Positions 9,714 through 19,261 are shown, counted from the stretch's first letter. The stretch: 64,000 bases of DNA from an uncultured Acidimicrobiaceae bacterium (GCA_963824355.1 CAWGOY010000004.1:7305-71304), one strand, 5' to 3'. Translations and numbers: made by a program. Notes: generated by a model from the letters alone, not told the origin.

Positions 9714-10010
9714 GTGGAACAGATCGTGATCGAGTCGTGCCACAGCACCTGGATCATCGACATGGAGAATTCTCGGTTCCGACGGGTGGTGAAGGGGGCC
9801 AACAACCACGCGTCGCCGGCCTCCACTGAGTGGCAGGCCTGCTACGGCGTCGAGATCGATCCCCTCTCCGAGTCGTTCGTGGTGCTCTTGAATCCGGAGG
9901 GCACGCGTCTCCTGCGTAGCTGGCGCCACGTCGAACACTGTTCCCAGTGCGGCGGTGAGGCCACCTCGGAACTCTCGCTCCGGGACCTGCGCTCGGCTGT
10001 CCGGGGCTGA
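9714..10010 (+). CDS. Hypothetical small Cys/His-containing protein
   Basis: 98-aa ORF (GTG start) after a lower-GC 150-nt gap. Composition is not the Arg/Pro/Gly-rich type of spurious ORFs (MEQIVIESCHSTWIIDMENSRF...HVEHCSQCGGE). No family recognised. Confidence 0.45.
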   Translation: MEQIVIESCHSTWIIDMENSRFRRVVKGANNHASPASTEWQACYGVEIDPLSESFVVLLNPEGTRLLRSWRHVEHCSQCGGEATSELSLRDLRSAVRG

Positions 10011-10178
10011 AAGCCTCTCCTTCTCCGGATCGACAACGCGTCACCGCCCGCTTCCGCGCCGCCACCCGGCCCTCCGTTCTGGAGCAAAGGGCTGTCGTAA
10101 GCAGCGATCCGTCCAGTAGCGTCGGGAGGATCGAGCCGGCACCCGGGTGGGTGCTCCGTCAGGCTCACCGATGGCACC

Positions 10179-10694
10179 ATGAGCTACGACCGCGCACCCG
10201 AATTCGATGACACCGGCCGGCACGGTCGGCTACCCCCCTCTGACCATCGCTCCGGACCGGGCGCGGGAAGCGTTGCACCTCCACCTCCACCTCCACCGGC
10301 GCCTCCGCCTCCACCGGCGCCTCCGCCTCCACCGGCGCCTCCGCCGGCGACAGCCGCAGCTTCTCCGACCGCTAGCCCGTTCCGTCCACGGGTCGACTAC
10401 GCCGCCTCGGCAGCCATGGTCAACGACATCTTGTCCATCGGACCCGAGGACCACTCAGTCGATCACGCGCGACCTGCCGCTGGCCCGGCTCAGGCCGCCC
10501 CAGCGGTCCAGGCCGCCTCACCGGTGGAGAGTCTTCCGGACCGCAACACCCCGGTCGCCCCGCCTTCCGAGGAACCGCCTCGGCAACGTATTGGCGACCA
10601 AGAGGGGCGCACCGTCTATCGGGCTCCGGTATCGCCCGACTTCTTCCCTTCGCCCAAGGAAAAACCGAAGAAGCGCTTTCGACTGGGCCGCTGA
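10179..10694 (+). CDS. Hypothetical proline-rich protein
   Basis: 171-aa ORF with a PPPPPPPAPPPPPAPPPPPAPPP tract and a basic C-end KEKPKKRFRLGR. No family recognised. Confidence 0.4.
   Translation: MSYDRAPEFDDTGRHGRLPPSDHRSGPGAGSVAPPPPPPPAPPPPPAPPPPPAPPPATAAASPTASPFRPRVDYAASAAMVNDILSIGPEDHSVDHARPAAGPAQAAPAVQAASPVESLPDRNTPVAPPSEEPPRQRIGDQEGRTVYRAPVSPDFFPSPKEKPKKRFRLGR
10290..10343. repeat. 18-bp perfect tandem repeat x3 (cctccaccggcgcctccg)
   Basis: Direct reading. It is in frame within the proline-rich ORF and is preceded by (cctcca)n. Confidence 0.9.
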
Positions 10695-10754
10695 CAGGAC
10701 GCCGCTGGACGGGTCGGTTAAGCCGAGTCAGACGAGCCGAGTCAGACCACACCG

Positions 10755-11240
10755 TCAGAGCAGTGGATCCCGCTTCCACACGCCTGAACTTCCTCCGGTC
10801 TTCTCCCACAGCATGAGTTGGCCGATGCTCATGGTCCGGTCAGTGGTCTTGCACATGTCGTAGACGGTCAGGGCGGCAATGGCGCAGGCGGTCATGGCCT
10901 CCATCTCCACCCCGGTGCGGTCAACCGCCTCGACCTTGGCCTCCACCTCGACATAGTCGTCTCCGATGGTGAAGTCCACATGGACCGCCCCAACCAGGAG
11001 GGGATGGCACATGGGGACCAGATCGGCAGTGCGCTTGGCCGCCTGGATGCCCGCCACCCGGGCGGCGGCCAGTACATCCCCCTTGGTGATGGCGTTGTTG
11101 GCCACCTTGGCGGTGGTCTCGGGCTTCATGGCCACCTTGCAGCGGGCCAGAGCCCGACGGTGGGTCGCCTCCTTGGGCGACACATCCACCATGCGGGTGC
11201 CGCTGAAGGGGTCGAGGTGGCTGAGGCTGCGGTCGGTCAT
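10755..11240 (-). CDS. moaC: Cyclic pyranopterin monophosphate synthase MoaC
   Basis: 161 aa with MoaC hallmarks: SHLD...RMVDVS.K, KGDVLAAARVAGIQAAKRTADLVPMCHPL, VDRTGVEMEAMTA...ALTVYDMCK. Confidence 0.92.
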   Translation of the reverse strand: MTDRSLSHLDPFSGTRMVDVSPKEATHRRALARCKVAMKPETTAKVANNAITKGDVLAAARVAGIQAAKRTADLVPMCHPLLVGAVHVDFTIGDDYVEVEAKVEAVDRTGVEMEAMTACAIAALTVYDMCKTTDRTMSIGQLMLWEKTGGSSGVWKRDPLL

Positions 11241-11362
11241 GAGGCAGGGCCGTAGATCACAGGCCTCAGTCTACGGGACACCGTGGTCCCGGGGCCGCAT
11301 TGGCACTCTAGCAAGTAGACTGCCAACCGGAGTAGCGACTCGGATCGAGAGGACAAGTTCGC

Positions 11363-11770
11363 GTGCCCACCTACGAGTACCACTGCGACGGCTGCGACAA
11401 GAACTTCGACGTGGTGCAGTCGTTCCACGACGATGCGCTGGACGCCTGCCCCACCTGCGGATCGCCGGTGCGCAAGGTGTTCGGCAACGTGGGCATCGTC
11501 TTCAAAGGCAGCGGCTTCTACAAGACGGACAGCCGCAACGGAGGTTCGTCCAAGTCGACCACCGGTGACGGGACGGCCACGCCCGGTACGGAGGGCTCGG
11601 CGGCCGACAGTTCGGGTTCGGGCGACTCCGGGTCGACCTCGGACACCTCTCCAGCCAAGCCATCCGGCGATACCTCGACCGGCACCTCCCCCGCGGAGTC
11701 TGGGTCCAAACCCAAGCCGCCGGCCCCGACGGGCAAGCCCGCTCCTTCTCCGACTCCGTCGTCCTCGTAG
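11363..11770 (+). CDS. FmdB-family zinc-ribbon protein (CxxC_CxxC_SSSS) with Ser/Gly/Pro-rich tail
   Basis: The ORF begins MPTYEYHCDGCDKNFDVVQSFHDDALDACPTCGSPVRKVFGNVGIVFKGSGFYKTDSR. GTG start with GAGAGGA upstream. Confidence 0.85.
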   Translation: MPTYEYHCDGCDKNFDVVQSFHDDALDACPTCGSPVRKVFGNVGIVFKGSGFYKTDSRNGGSSKSTTGDGTATPGTEGSAADSSGSGDSGSTSDTSPAKPSGDTSTGTSPAESGSKPKPPAPTGKPAPSPTPSSS

Positions 11771-11886
11771 CGCCGATCGGTCATTCGCGTTTCGGTCGAA
11801 CCCATCAGTATCGACCGACTATTCGCTGCGCTTAAATTGTAATTAACCCTCGCCAAATGGGTATATGAGACCGTACACTGTCCTTC

Positions 11887-13002
11887 GTGGACAAGTCCGA
11901 TCTTGATCGTTTACTCGTAATGCTGGCCGAGCTGGATGGCTCGGACCTCCATATCAAGGCCGGTGCCCCGCCCCGCATGCGGTTGGCCGGTGCCCTGCGC
12001 ACACTCGATGACGAGCCCAGCTTCACCATGGCTGAAACGCAAGAGCTGGCCGAATCAATCATGCAGCCGGCGGTGCTCGAGATATTCGCCGAACATCGTG
12101 AAGCCGACTTTGCCTACGCACTGGTCGGTACCGGGCGGTTCCGGGTGAACGCCTACTACCAGCGCGGCTCGGTGGCTCTGGCCATGCGCCGGGTACGGGC
12201 CAGTGCTGCCACCGTCGAGGAGCTCGGACTACCTCCCGTGGTCACTCGACTGGCCGAAGAGATGCGTGGCCTGGTCCTCGTGACCGGCCCCACCGGATCA
12301 GGCAAGACCACCACTCTGGCGGCGATGATCGATCACATCAATCACACCCGGTCGTGCCACGTCGTGACCATCGAGGACCCGGTCGAATACCTTCACACCG
12401 ACGACATGGCCGCCATCGACCAACGGGAGGTCGGATTCGACACCGACTCCTTCGGTTCGGCCATGCGAGTGGTCCTGCGCCAGGACCCCGACGTGATCCT
12501 GGTGGGTGAGATGCGCGATACCGAGACGGTCTCGGCTGCCCTCACCGCCGCCGAGACGGGGCACCTGGTGTTCTCGACGCTCCACACCATCAACGCCACC
12601 GAGACCATCAACCGCATCGTGGACTTCTTCCCGCCCCATCAGCAGACCCAGACCCGGGTGAGCCTGGCCGGTGCCCTGAAGGGGATCATCTGCCAACGGC
12701 TCATCCCCACCGCCGACGGCAAGAGTCGGGTGCCGGCCCTTGAACTGCTGGTCGTCAACGGCCGGATCCAGCAGGCCATCATCGACCCGCTCCAGACCGG
12801 TGACATCGAGGGGATCGTCGCCGACGGCGAATACTACGGGATGCTGACCTTCGATCAGTCCCTGGTCACACTGGTTGCCGACGGGACCATCGACTTGGCC
12901 GAGGCCATGAGCACGGCGTCCAACCCGCACGACCTGAAGGTGATGCTGGAACGTAAGGGCATCATGCGGACCGGCGTCTTCGCCGAGGCCAGTTTCGCCT
13001 GA
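11887..13002 (+). CDS. pilT: Second PilT-family retraction ATPase (intact)
   Basis: 371 aa: GSDLHIKAGAPPRMR, Walker [33 protein letters not shown]. Preceded by an AT-rich stretch (ttaaattgtaattaacc...gggtatatgag). Confidence 0.9.
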   Translation: MDKSDLDRLLVMLAELDGSDLHIKAGAPPRMRLAGALRTLDDEPSFTMAETQELAESIMQPAVLEIFAEHREADFAYALVGTGRFRVNAYYQRGSVALAMRRVRASAATVEELGLPPVVTRLAEEMRGLVLVTGPTGSGKTTTLAAMIDHINHTRSCHVVTIEDPVEYLHTDDMAAIDQREVGFDTDSFGSAMRVVLRQDPDVILVGEMRDTETVSAALTAAETGHLVFSTLHTINATETINRIVDFFPPHQQTQTRVSLAGALKGIICQRLIPTADGKSRVPALELLVVNGRIQQAIIDPLQTGDIEGIVADGEYYGMLTFDQSLVTLVADGTIDLAEAMSTASNPHDLKVMLERKGIMRTGVFAEASFA

Positions 13003-13012
13003 CCGCGGGCTG

Positions 13013-13029
13013 ATCCCCGGATCGGGGAT
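13013..13029 (+). terminator. Possible hairpin after pilT2 (atccccg-gat-cggggat)
   Basis: 7-bp perfect stem with a 3-nt loop, 10 nt after the stop codon. There is no U-tract. Confidence 0.25.
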
Positions 13030-13218
13030 AGCACACCTCAATCCCTCGGGTACCGGCCGTCGAGGCCCTCCCACACCTGCTCGGCCCGAGAGGCCCTTTC
13101 CCAAGGGCCCCGAGTCTGCTCCGCGGTCCCCGGCTCCCGGACGATGTCACCGCCCCTCGAACCGAGAACCCGGTCCCACTGGCCAGGAGCGCCGACCTGC
13201 CGGCCCCCGGGCCCCCCG

Positions 13219-13242
13219 CCCCGGCCCCGGCCCCGGCCCCGG
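13219..13242. repeat. (CCCCGG)x4 hexamer repeat inside a C-rich tract (about 13197..13245)
   Basis: Direct reading. It lies in the 454-nt non-coding gap between pilT2 and pilM. Confidence 0.9.
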
Positions 13243-13456
13243 CGACACCGCATCTCATCCAGCTACACAGTGCCTCAAGGTGGCCGCGTTTCGATCCGAT
13301 AGATCTTCGTACAGCCTGGTGCGGGCCCCCGCCGGTGCCAGACACAACCAGTAGCCGCCAGTGGCGGCCACCGAAGGACCGGAGATCGACCGTGAACATG
13401 GTTACGACGGCCAGCGGTCACGCTGTGATCGGCCTAGAACGCCAAGGGGAGATGAC

Positions 13457-15148
13457 ATGGCACAGCTAGTCGTAGGTCTCGACATCGGCACCAGCGCGGT
13501 GCGGGCCGCCGAGCTCGACATCAGCCACTCCCGTCCGGTCCTGCTCACCTACGGCCAGGTCGGCCTGCCTCCGGGCTCGCTGGAGGATGGCGAGATCCGT
13601 GACGGGTCAGCGGTCACCGAGGCCATCAAGAAGTTGTGGGCGAACGGCCAGTTCTCGAGCACCTCGGTCATCGTCGGGATCGCCGGACTGCGCGCCATCA
13701 CCCGTGAGATCGACCTTCCCTTCGTTCCCGATAACGAGGTGGATAGTGCGGTTCGTTTCCAATCGGAAGAGGTCATTCCATTTCCTCCCGATCAGACAAT
13801 CCTTTCTTCACAAATTCTGGCTGACTACACGTCACCCGAGGGCAACAAGATGCGGCGGATTTTGGTGGCCGCTGCTCACCTCGATCTGGTCAACGGGGTC
13901 ATCGACACGGTCGAGAAGGCCGAACTGACCGTCATCGGCGTCGACCTCATCTCCTCGGCGCTGGTCCGGGCCATCGGCAGTCACGACGGACCGGATCAGC
14001 CCGAAGCCATCGTGTCGGTGGGTGCCGGTTTGACGGTGGTTGTCGTTCACCAGAAGGGCCGCCCCCAGTTCGTGCGCACCATCGGCTCGGGTGGCAACGC
14101 CACTACCGCGGCCATCTCGGGGGCCCTCGACCTCCCCATCACGGACGGGGAGGGCCTCAAACGACGGATCGGCGACGAGGACGCTCAGCTCCAGACAGCG
14201 GAGCGAGCCGCCCAGGCCAGCATGGCCGATCTGGTCGGGGAAATCCGAAACTCCATCCAGTACTTCGCATCGCTTCCTGGGCGCCTGCCCGTCTCACGGG
14301 TGCTGGTGACCGGTGGTGGTTCTGCCCTCTACGGGCTCATTCCGATGCTCGAGAGCCAGGTCCACCTGCCAGTACTTACCGTCTCCCCACTCGACCGACT
14401 CGACACGTCCAAGCTCGACCTCACCGAGGCCCAGGCCGCCGAGGTCAGCCCGGTGCTGTCCACACCGATCGGCCTGGCCCTGCCCGAACCCGACAAGACG
14501 GTGAAGAAATTCAACCTCCTCCCTCCCGAGGTCGCTCAGCGGACCCGACTCAAGAAGATCCAGGAACGGACCCTGGTCGGCTGCGTGGCCGTACTGGTCC
14601 TGCTCCTCGGGTTCGGTATGTGGAAGATCCTGCAGGTCCACAACGCCCAGAACAACGTGGCCTCGCTCCAGTCGGAGATCGGCACGCTCAACGCCCAGGT
14701 GCCCAAATACGACCTCGTCGTGGCGGCCAACAACGCCTACACCGCCGGCGTGGATCGTAGGGACTCGGTGTTGAGCTCGGCGATCGACTGGCCCGTGGTG
14801 TTCAACAACCTGATGTCCATCACCCCGGCCGGAGCCAGTGTGCAGGCGTTCAACGGCGCATCGACCACCACCACCACCGGTTCATCGGCCACCACCACCA
14901 GCGCCACCTCAGGCGCATCCAGTGCCACCACCTCGGCGGCCATCGGCAGCATTCAGCTGGGTGTGACCGGACCGGGTCCCAACCTGACCATCTCCGAGGC
15001 GTGGATCAATGCCATCGCCGGATCCCAGTACTTCGCCAATCCGCTGCAGGGTGCGACCACTGCCAACAGCGACGGGACCATCTCGTTCCCCTTCACCATC
15101 TCGATCACCCCCAATGCCAGCCTCGACAAGAATGCGAGCCTGAAATGA
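13457..15148 (+). CDS. pilM: PilM-PilN fusion protein (actin-like ATPase fold plus PilN membrane segment)
   Basis: It begins MAQLVVGLDIGTSAVRAAEL and contains VLVTGGGSAL (PilM/FtsA-like). The PilN signature KKFNLLPPEV follows, then a TM helix TLVGCVAVLVLLLGFGMW, a coiled coil and a Thr/Ser-rich end. GGGGAG lies upstream of ATG 13457. Confidence 0.85.
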   Translation: MAQLVVGLDIGTSAVRAAELDISHSRPVLLTYGQVGLPPGSLEDGEIRDGSAVTEAIKKLWANGQFSSTSVIVGIAGLRAITREIDLPFVPDNEVDSAVRFQSEEVIPFPPDQTILSSQILADYTSPEGNKMRRILVAAAHLDLVNGVIDTVEKAELTVIGVDLISSALVRAIGSHDGPDQPEAIVSVGAGLTVVVVHQKGRPQFVRTIGSGGNATTAAISGALDLPITDGEGLKRRIGDEDAQLQTAERAAQASMADLVGEIRNSIQYFASLPGRLPVSRVLVTGGGSALYGLIPMLESQVHLPVLTVSPLDRLDTSKLDLTEAQAAEVSPVLSTPIGLALPEPDKTVKKFNLLPPEVAQRTRLKKIQERTLVGCVAVLVLLLGFGMWKILQVHNAQNNVASLQSEIGTLNAQVPKYDLVVAANNAYTAGVDRRDSVLSSAIDWPVVFNNLMSITPAGASVQAFNGASTTTTTGSSATTTSATSGASSATTSAAIGSIQLGVTGPGPNLTISEAWINAIAGSQYFANPLQGATTANSDGTISFPFTISITPNASLDKNASLK

Positions 15149-15882
15149 ACTCCGTCCGTGAATACCGGATCCCGCTCATGATCGGGGCCGGCACCCTGGT
15201 GGTGGCCCTCCTGCTGTGGGCCGTGCTCATCTCACCCCAGAACTCGAAACTGTCCGGTTTGCAGACAAAGCAGACCCAGCTTCAGTCCCAGCAGGTGGAG
15301 CTGCAGGCCAAACTGTCATCGCTCAAGTCGGAACAGCAGAAGCTGTCATCGAGCTGCGCCGACCTCCAGAAGATCGCCCTGGAGATTCCGAGCGTCCAGA
15401 GCCCGACCGACATCGACGCCGAGGAGTCGTCGTTCGAGAGCCAGTTCAACGGCCTGACCGCCGGCGCCGGCGTGACGCTGACCCAGTTCAGCGGATTCGC
15501 CCCCGCCACCACCGCTGCGGCCACCCCGTCGAGTGGGGCTGCCACACCGGCTGGTGTGGTTGCGGTACCCACCACACTCACCATCACCGGCAACTACGTC
15601 CAGATCCACAACTTCATCAACGCTCTGGATGTGTTCCCCCGGCTGTTCGTCATCCAGAACTTCGTCTTGACCTACGGGGCGGCCTCGCCGGGCACATCGA
15701 GCTCGAGTTCCTCGGGCGCCACCAGCCAGTCGTCGGCCTCTTCGCCGGCACTGTGGACCGGCGGGACGGCCACCGCCCCGACGGCCGGGCCGTACAGTCT
15801 GGCCATCGATGGCTCGATCTACTACACGTCGGCGCCCAGTGCTCTCGACGCCTGCACCAAGGCCACCGCAGCGGTCCACTGA
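15145..15882 (+). CDS. pilO: PilO-like pilus alignment protein
   Basis: Its ATG overlaps the pilMN stop (ATGA). It has an N-terminal TM helix, a coiled coil (LSGLQTKQTQLQSQQVELQAKLSSLKSEQQKL) and a ferredoxin-like end (LTITGNYVQIHNFINALDVFPRLFVIQNF). Confidence 0.75.
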   Translation: MNSVREYRIPLMIGAGTLVVALLLWAVLISPQNSKLSGLQTKQTQLQSQQVELQAKLSSLKSEQQKLSSSCADLQKIALEIPSVQSPTDIDAEESSFESQFNGLTAGAGVTLTQFSGFAPATTAAATPSSGAATPAGVVAVPTTLTITGNYVQIHNFINALDVFPRLFVIQNFVLTYGAASPGTSSSSSSGATSQSSASSPALWTGGTATAPTAGPYSLAIDGSIYYTSAPSALDACTKATAAVH

Positions 15883-16031
15883 TTACCGGGTTGAGCGGTC
15901 GACCGGCCGCCTGGGGCCGGATCCCGATTGCTGAGCCAGGTGGATCAGCTCATGGGGCCCCGGCCGCCGGAGGCAAGCCCATCCAATGACCGCCGGCACA
16001 GCCCGGTGCCAGGGACAACCGGAGAGGTTGC

Positions 16032-17429
16032 TCACATACCGCCGATCTGCATGTCCGCCACGGCCACTGTCTGACCGGCGGCGATACCAGGGAGCCACTC
16101 GACGTCCCCACCCACCGCCACGAGCGACCGGAGGATCTTCTGCAGTGTGGAGGCCACGGTGATCTCGCGGACCGGCTCGGCCAGTCCACCGTCCCGGATC
16201 ATCAAACCCTCGACGCCGACCGAGAAGTCGCCGCTGACCGGATTCACCCCCGAGTGGACACCGGTCATCGATTGCACGAAGAGGCCCTCCCCCACCGCGG
16301 CGAGGACGCCCTCCTCGTCGTAGCCCTCGGGACCGGGAGCCAACGTCAGGGCCCGGCACCCCGGCCCGGGAGTTCCGGCGAACCCACCCCGCACCGCCGA
16401 ACCGGTCGAGGACGTACCCGACCGTGAGGCCGAAACCGTATCGTAGAGGAACCCGCGCAGCACGCCCGCGTCCACCAGCACATTCCGACGACAAGCCAGA
16501 CCCTCGGCGTCGTAGGAGGCCGCTCCGAACGCCCGGACATCGGTGGGATCGTCCACCAGGGTCAGCACCGGGTCGCCGACCAGCTCACCGATCCGTCCGG
16601 CGAAGAACGACCGGCCCTTGGCCACCGCCTCGCCGGACAGGGCCGACGAGATCACCGACAACAGTGTGCTGGCCACCCTCCGGTCGAAGACCACCGTGGT
16701 CCGCAGTGACGGACCCTTGGTGGCGCCGAGCAGCCGCACCGCCCGGGTCACCGCGTCGGCCGTGGCCCGGTCGGGATCGAGGCCGGTCATGCCCCGCCCC
16801 ACGCTGAACCCGCCGCCGGTCTGGCTCTGGTCACCGTCGCCGGCAATCACGCTCACCGACAGATAGCCCGACGTCTTGCGGCTGGAGGCCCGGATCCCGG
16901 TGGTCGTGACCAGCGCAACCTCCACCGCGGTGTCGCCGTAATCGGCGTGATCGACCTGACGGATGCGGTGATCGGCCCCACGGGCCTGGGCTTCGAGCGC
17001 CAGGGCCAGGGCCACCTTCTTGGTGGTCGGGACGGCCGAAAGCCCCTCATCCCACAGATCCACCGCGACCGGGACGACTCCATCGGGGACGGCCAGGGCC
17101 ACATGCTCGTCGGCGGTAGCAAACGAGGCATTGTCGCGGGCCTCGGCCAGAGTCTGCTCCAAGGCCGACGGATCGAGGGACCCGGCCCAGGCGAACCCGA
17201 GGCGGTGGTCGACCACCACCCGTACGCCGATGCCGGCCGAGGTGGCCGAGGTCAGAGACTCGACCTCGCCGTCGTAGGCCCGGACGTCAGTCTCGTCGCC
17301 CCGGGCCACATAGACCTCGACGTCTTCGCCAGGACGGGCCCAACTAGCCACCCGATCGGCCAGCTCGAGCAATTCCTCGCTGCCCGAATCGGACCCGACC
17401 GAAGTTCCGGTGTCGGTGGCGGTGCTCAT
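16032..17429 (-). CDS. pmbA: PmbA/TldE-family metalloprotease component
   Basis: 466 codons from ATG 17429, which overlaps the tldD stop (ATGA). TldD/PmbA family end: FVQSMTGVHSGVNPVSGDFSVGVEGLMIRDGGLAEPV. The ORF-track extension to 17954 is out-of-frame overlap with tldD. Confidence 0.85.
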   Translation of the reverse strand: MSTATDTGTSVGSDSGSEELLELADRVASWARPGEDVEVYVARGDETDVRAYDGEVESLTSATSAGIGVRVVVDHRLGFAWAGSLDPSALEQTLAEARDNASFATADEHVALAVPDGVVPVAVDLWDEGLSAVPTTKKVALALALEAQARGADHRIRQVDHADYGDTAVEVALVTTTGIRASSRKTSGYLSVSVIAGDGDQSQTGGGFSVGRGMTGLDPDRATADAVTRAVRLLGATKGPSLRTTVVFDRRVASTLLSVISSALSGEAVAKGRSFFAGRIGELVGDPVLTLVDDPTDVRAFGAASYDAEGLACRRNVLVDAGVLRGFLYDTVSASRSGTSSTGSAVRGGFAGTPGPGCRALTLAPGPEGYDEEGVLAAVGEGLFVQSMTGVHSGVNPVSGDFSVGVEGLMIRDGGLAEPVREITVASTLQKILRSLVAVGGDVEWLPGIAAGQTVAVADMQIGGM

Positions 17430-18814
17430 TCGGCCGTCCCACCGATGGTCACTCCGGTCAGCCGCATGGTGGCCTGCCCGCATCCCACGGGGACACTCTG
17501 GCCGTCCTTGCCACAGGTCCCCGGAGTCATCCCGAAGTCGGTGGCCACCGCGTCGATCCGCTTGAGGATCTCCGGCCCGTTGCCGATCAGGTTGGCGTCC
17601 CGTAGCGGCTCGGTGATCTTGCCCCCTTCGATCAGATAGGCCTCGGTGGTCCCGAACACGAAGTCCCCGGTCGTGGTGTTGACCTGGCCCCCGCCCAGTT
17701 TGGCCACGTAGACACCGCGGGGTGTCTGGGCCACGATCTCGTCGGCATCGTCCTGGCCGGGCAGAAGGAAGGTATTGGTCATCCGGACCATGGGGAGGTG
17801 CTGATAGGTCTGGCGCCGCCCGTTGCCGGACGACACCCGACCCTCCTTGCGGGACCGGAGGTAGTCCCACAGGTAGTCGGTGAGCACACCCTGGTCGATG
17901 AGGACGTTGCGCTGGGCCGGTCGGCCCTCGTCGTCGACGGCGAACGTTCCCCACTCCGAACCGACGGTTCCATCGTCGACCAGGGTGACCAGGGGACTGG
18001 CCACCTGCTGGCCGACCATCCCGGTGTAGACCGACGCGTCCTTCACGATGTGGTCTGCCTCGAGGCCGTGCCCGCAGGCCTCGTGAAACAAGATGCCGCC
18101 GCTCCCGCCGGCCAGGACCACCGGGAGCTCACCTGAGGGTGCCGGACGGGCAGCCAGCTTGGACAGGGCCCTTCGGGCAGCCATCTGGGCCAGTTCTTCC
18201 ACTGACACCTCGTCGAATAGCTCGAAACCCAGTGTGCGGGCCGCCGTCTCGAATCCCGTCTGGAGTCCGGTGTCGCCCGAGGCCACACAGGACACCGAAA
18301 AACGAGTTCGGGCCTGCTCGTCACCGGTCAGCAGGCCTTCCGAGTTGGCGATGAGCACGCGTCGACGCGAGCCGCCGCAGCCGACCTGAACCTGGGTGAT
18401 GGCATCCCCGGCGGAGCGGGCGGCTTCGTCGGCCCGACGGAGGAGGTCGAGCGCATCCCGCTTCGATCCCAGGACCCCCGACCCGTCACCCGGGGGCCGC
18501 TCGCTTCCGGCGGCCAGCGGCGTCACGGCAACCGTGCCTCCCCGGGATCCACCCCGAGCCACCGCCGATGCCGCTTCGGCCGCCCGTAGGAGACCCGCCT
18601 CGCTCAGATCAGCGGTGTGGGCGAAGCCGGTGGTCTCCCCGGAGATGACCCGGATGCCGGCCCCACGCTCATGGCCCGATGACAGCTCCTCGACCCGGCC
18701 GTCATCGAGAAGAGCCGACGACGTGGTCCGGTCCTCGGCGAACACCTCGGCAAATTCGCCGCCCCGGCGTAGCGCCTGGCCCAGGACCCGTTCGAGAACA
18801 GGGGAATCGATCAC
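17426..18814 (-). CDS. tldD: TldD-family metalloprotease
   Basis: 462 aa containing HEACGHGLEADH (the TldD HExxxH motif) and GVYVAKLGGGQVNTTTGDFVFGTTEAYLIEGGKI. Confidence 0.9.
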   Translation of the reverse strand: MIDSPVLERVLGQALRRGGEFAEVFAEDRTTSSALLDDGRVEELSSGHERGAGIRVISGETTGFAHTADLSEAGLLRAAEAASAVARGGSRGGTVAVTPLAAGSERPPGDGSGVLGSKRDALDLLRRADEAARSAGDAITQVQVGCGGSRRRVLIANSEGLLTGDEQARTRFSVSCVASGDTGLQTGFETAARTLGFELFDEVSVEELAQMAARRALSKLAARPAPSGELPVVLAGGSGGILFHEACGHGLEADHIVKDASVYTGMVGQQVASPLVTLVDDGTVGSEWGTFAVDDEGRPAQRNVLIDQGVLTDYLWDYLRSRKEGRVSSGNGRRQTYQHLPMVRMTNTFLLPGQDDADEIVAQTPRGVYVAKLGGGQVNTTTGDFVFGTTEAYLIEGGKITEPLRDANLIGNGPEILKRIDAVATDFGMTPGTCGKDGQSVPVGCGQATMRLTGVTIGGTAE

Positions 18815-18853
18815 CGAAGCCTCCTCGCTTCACCGCTCGGCGCTAGGTGGCCG

Positions 18854-19261
18854 ATGCACTGCCAGGTCACGTATCGTACCGGCGTGGCTCCCCACACCGG
18901 TCTCTCCGCCCGAATCGAAATGCAAGTGACCGAGGCCGACACCGCTGAGGCGCTGCGTACCGGGACGGTTCCCGTCCTGGCCACCCCCCGGCTCATCGCC
19001 CTGTGCGAGGAAGCCAGTTGCAAGGCCATCGAGGACGAGCTGCCCGACAAGTGCACGTCGGTCGCCAAGCGGGTGCAATTCGACCATCTGGTCCCGGTCG
19101 GGGTGGGCGTGACCGTCTGGGCCGAGGCCACCCTCGACCGGATCGAGGGTCGGCGTCTGATATTTACGCTTTCCGTCTCGGAGAATGCCGGACTGGTGGC
19201 GGCCGGCAAGTTGATCAGGGTGATCGTCGACCGGACGGCCTTCCTGGAAAACGTCCGCTGA
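18854..19261 (+). CDS. Hotdog-fold thioesterase (FlK-like family)
   Basis: 135 aa: VTEADTAEALRTGTVPVLATPRLIALCEEASCKAI...RIEGRRLIFTLSV, typical of small thioesterase-superfamily proteins. Confidence 0.7.
   Translation: MHCQVTYRTGVAPHTGLSARIEMQVTEADTAEALRTGTVPVLATPRLIALCEEASCKAIEDELPDKCTSVAKRVQFDHLVPVGVGVTVWAEATLDRIEGRRLIFTLSVSENAGLVAAGKLIRVIVDRTAFLENVR

Noticed and set aside
11300-11326. TTGGCAC...TGCCAA in the moaC/fmdB divergent region, superficially sigma-54-like (TGGCAC)
   Set aside because: The GC dinucleotide is not at the required spacing (TGGCAC-N5-TTGC), and this lineage is not expected to use sigma-54. Only a 6-bp inverted repeat with a 15-nt spacer remains, which is weak.
17430-17954. 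N-terminal 175-aa extension of ORF 16032..17954
   Set aside because: It overlaps tldD out of frame and is Arg/Pro/Gly-rich. The PmbA homology begins at ATG 17429, which forms an ATGA junction with the tldD stop.
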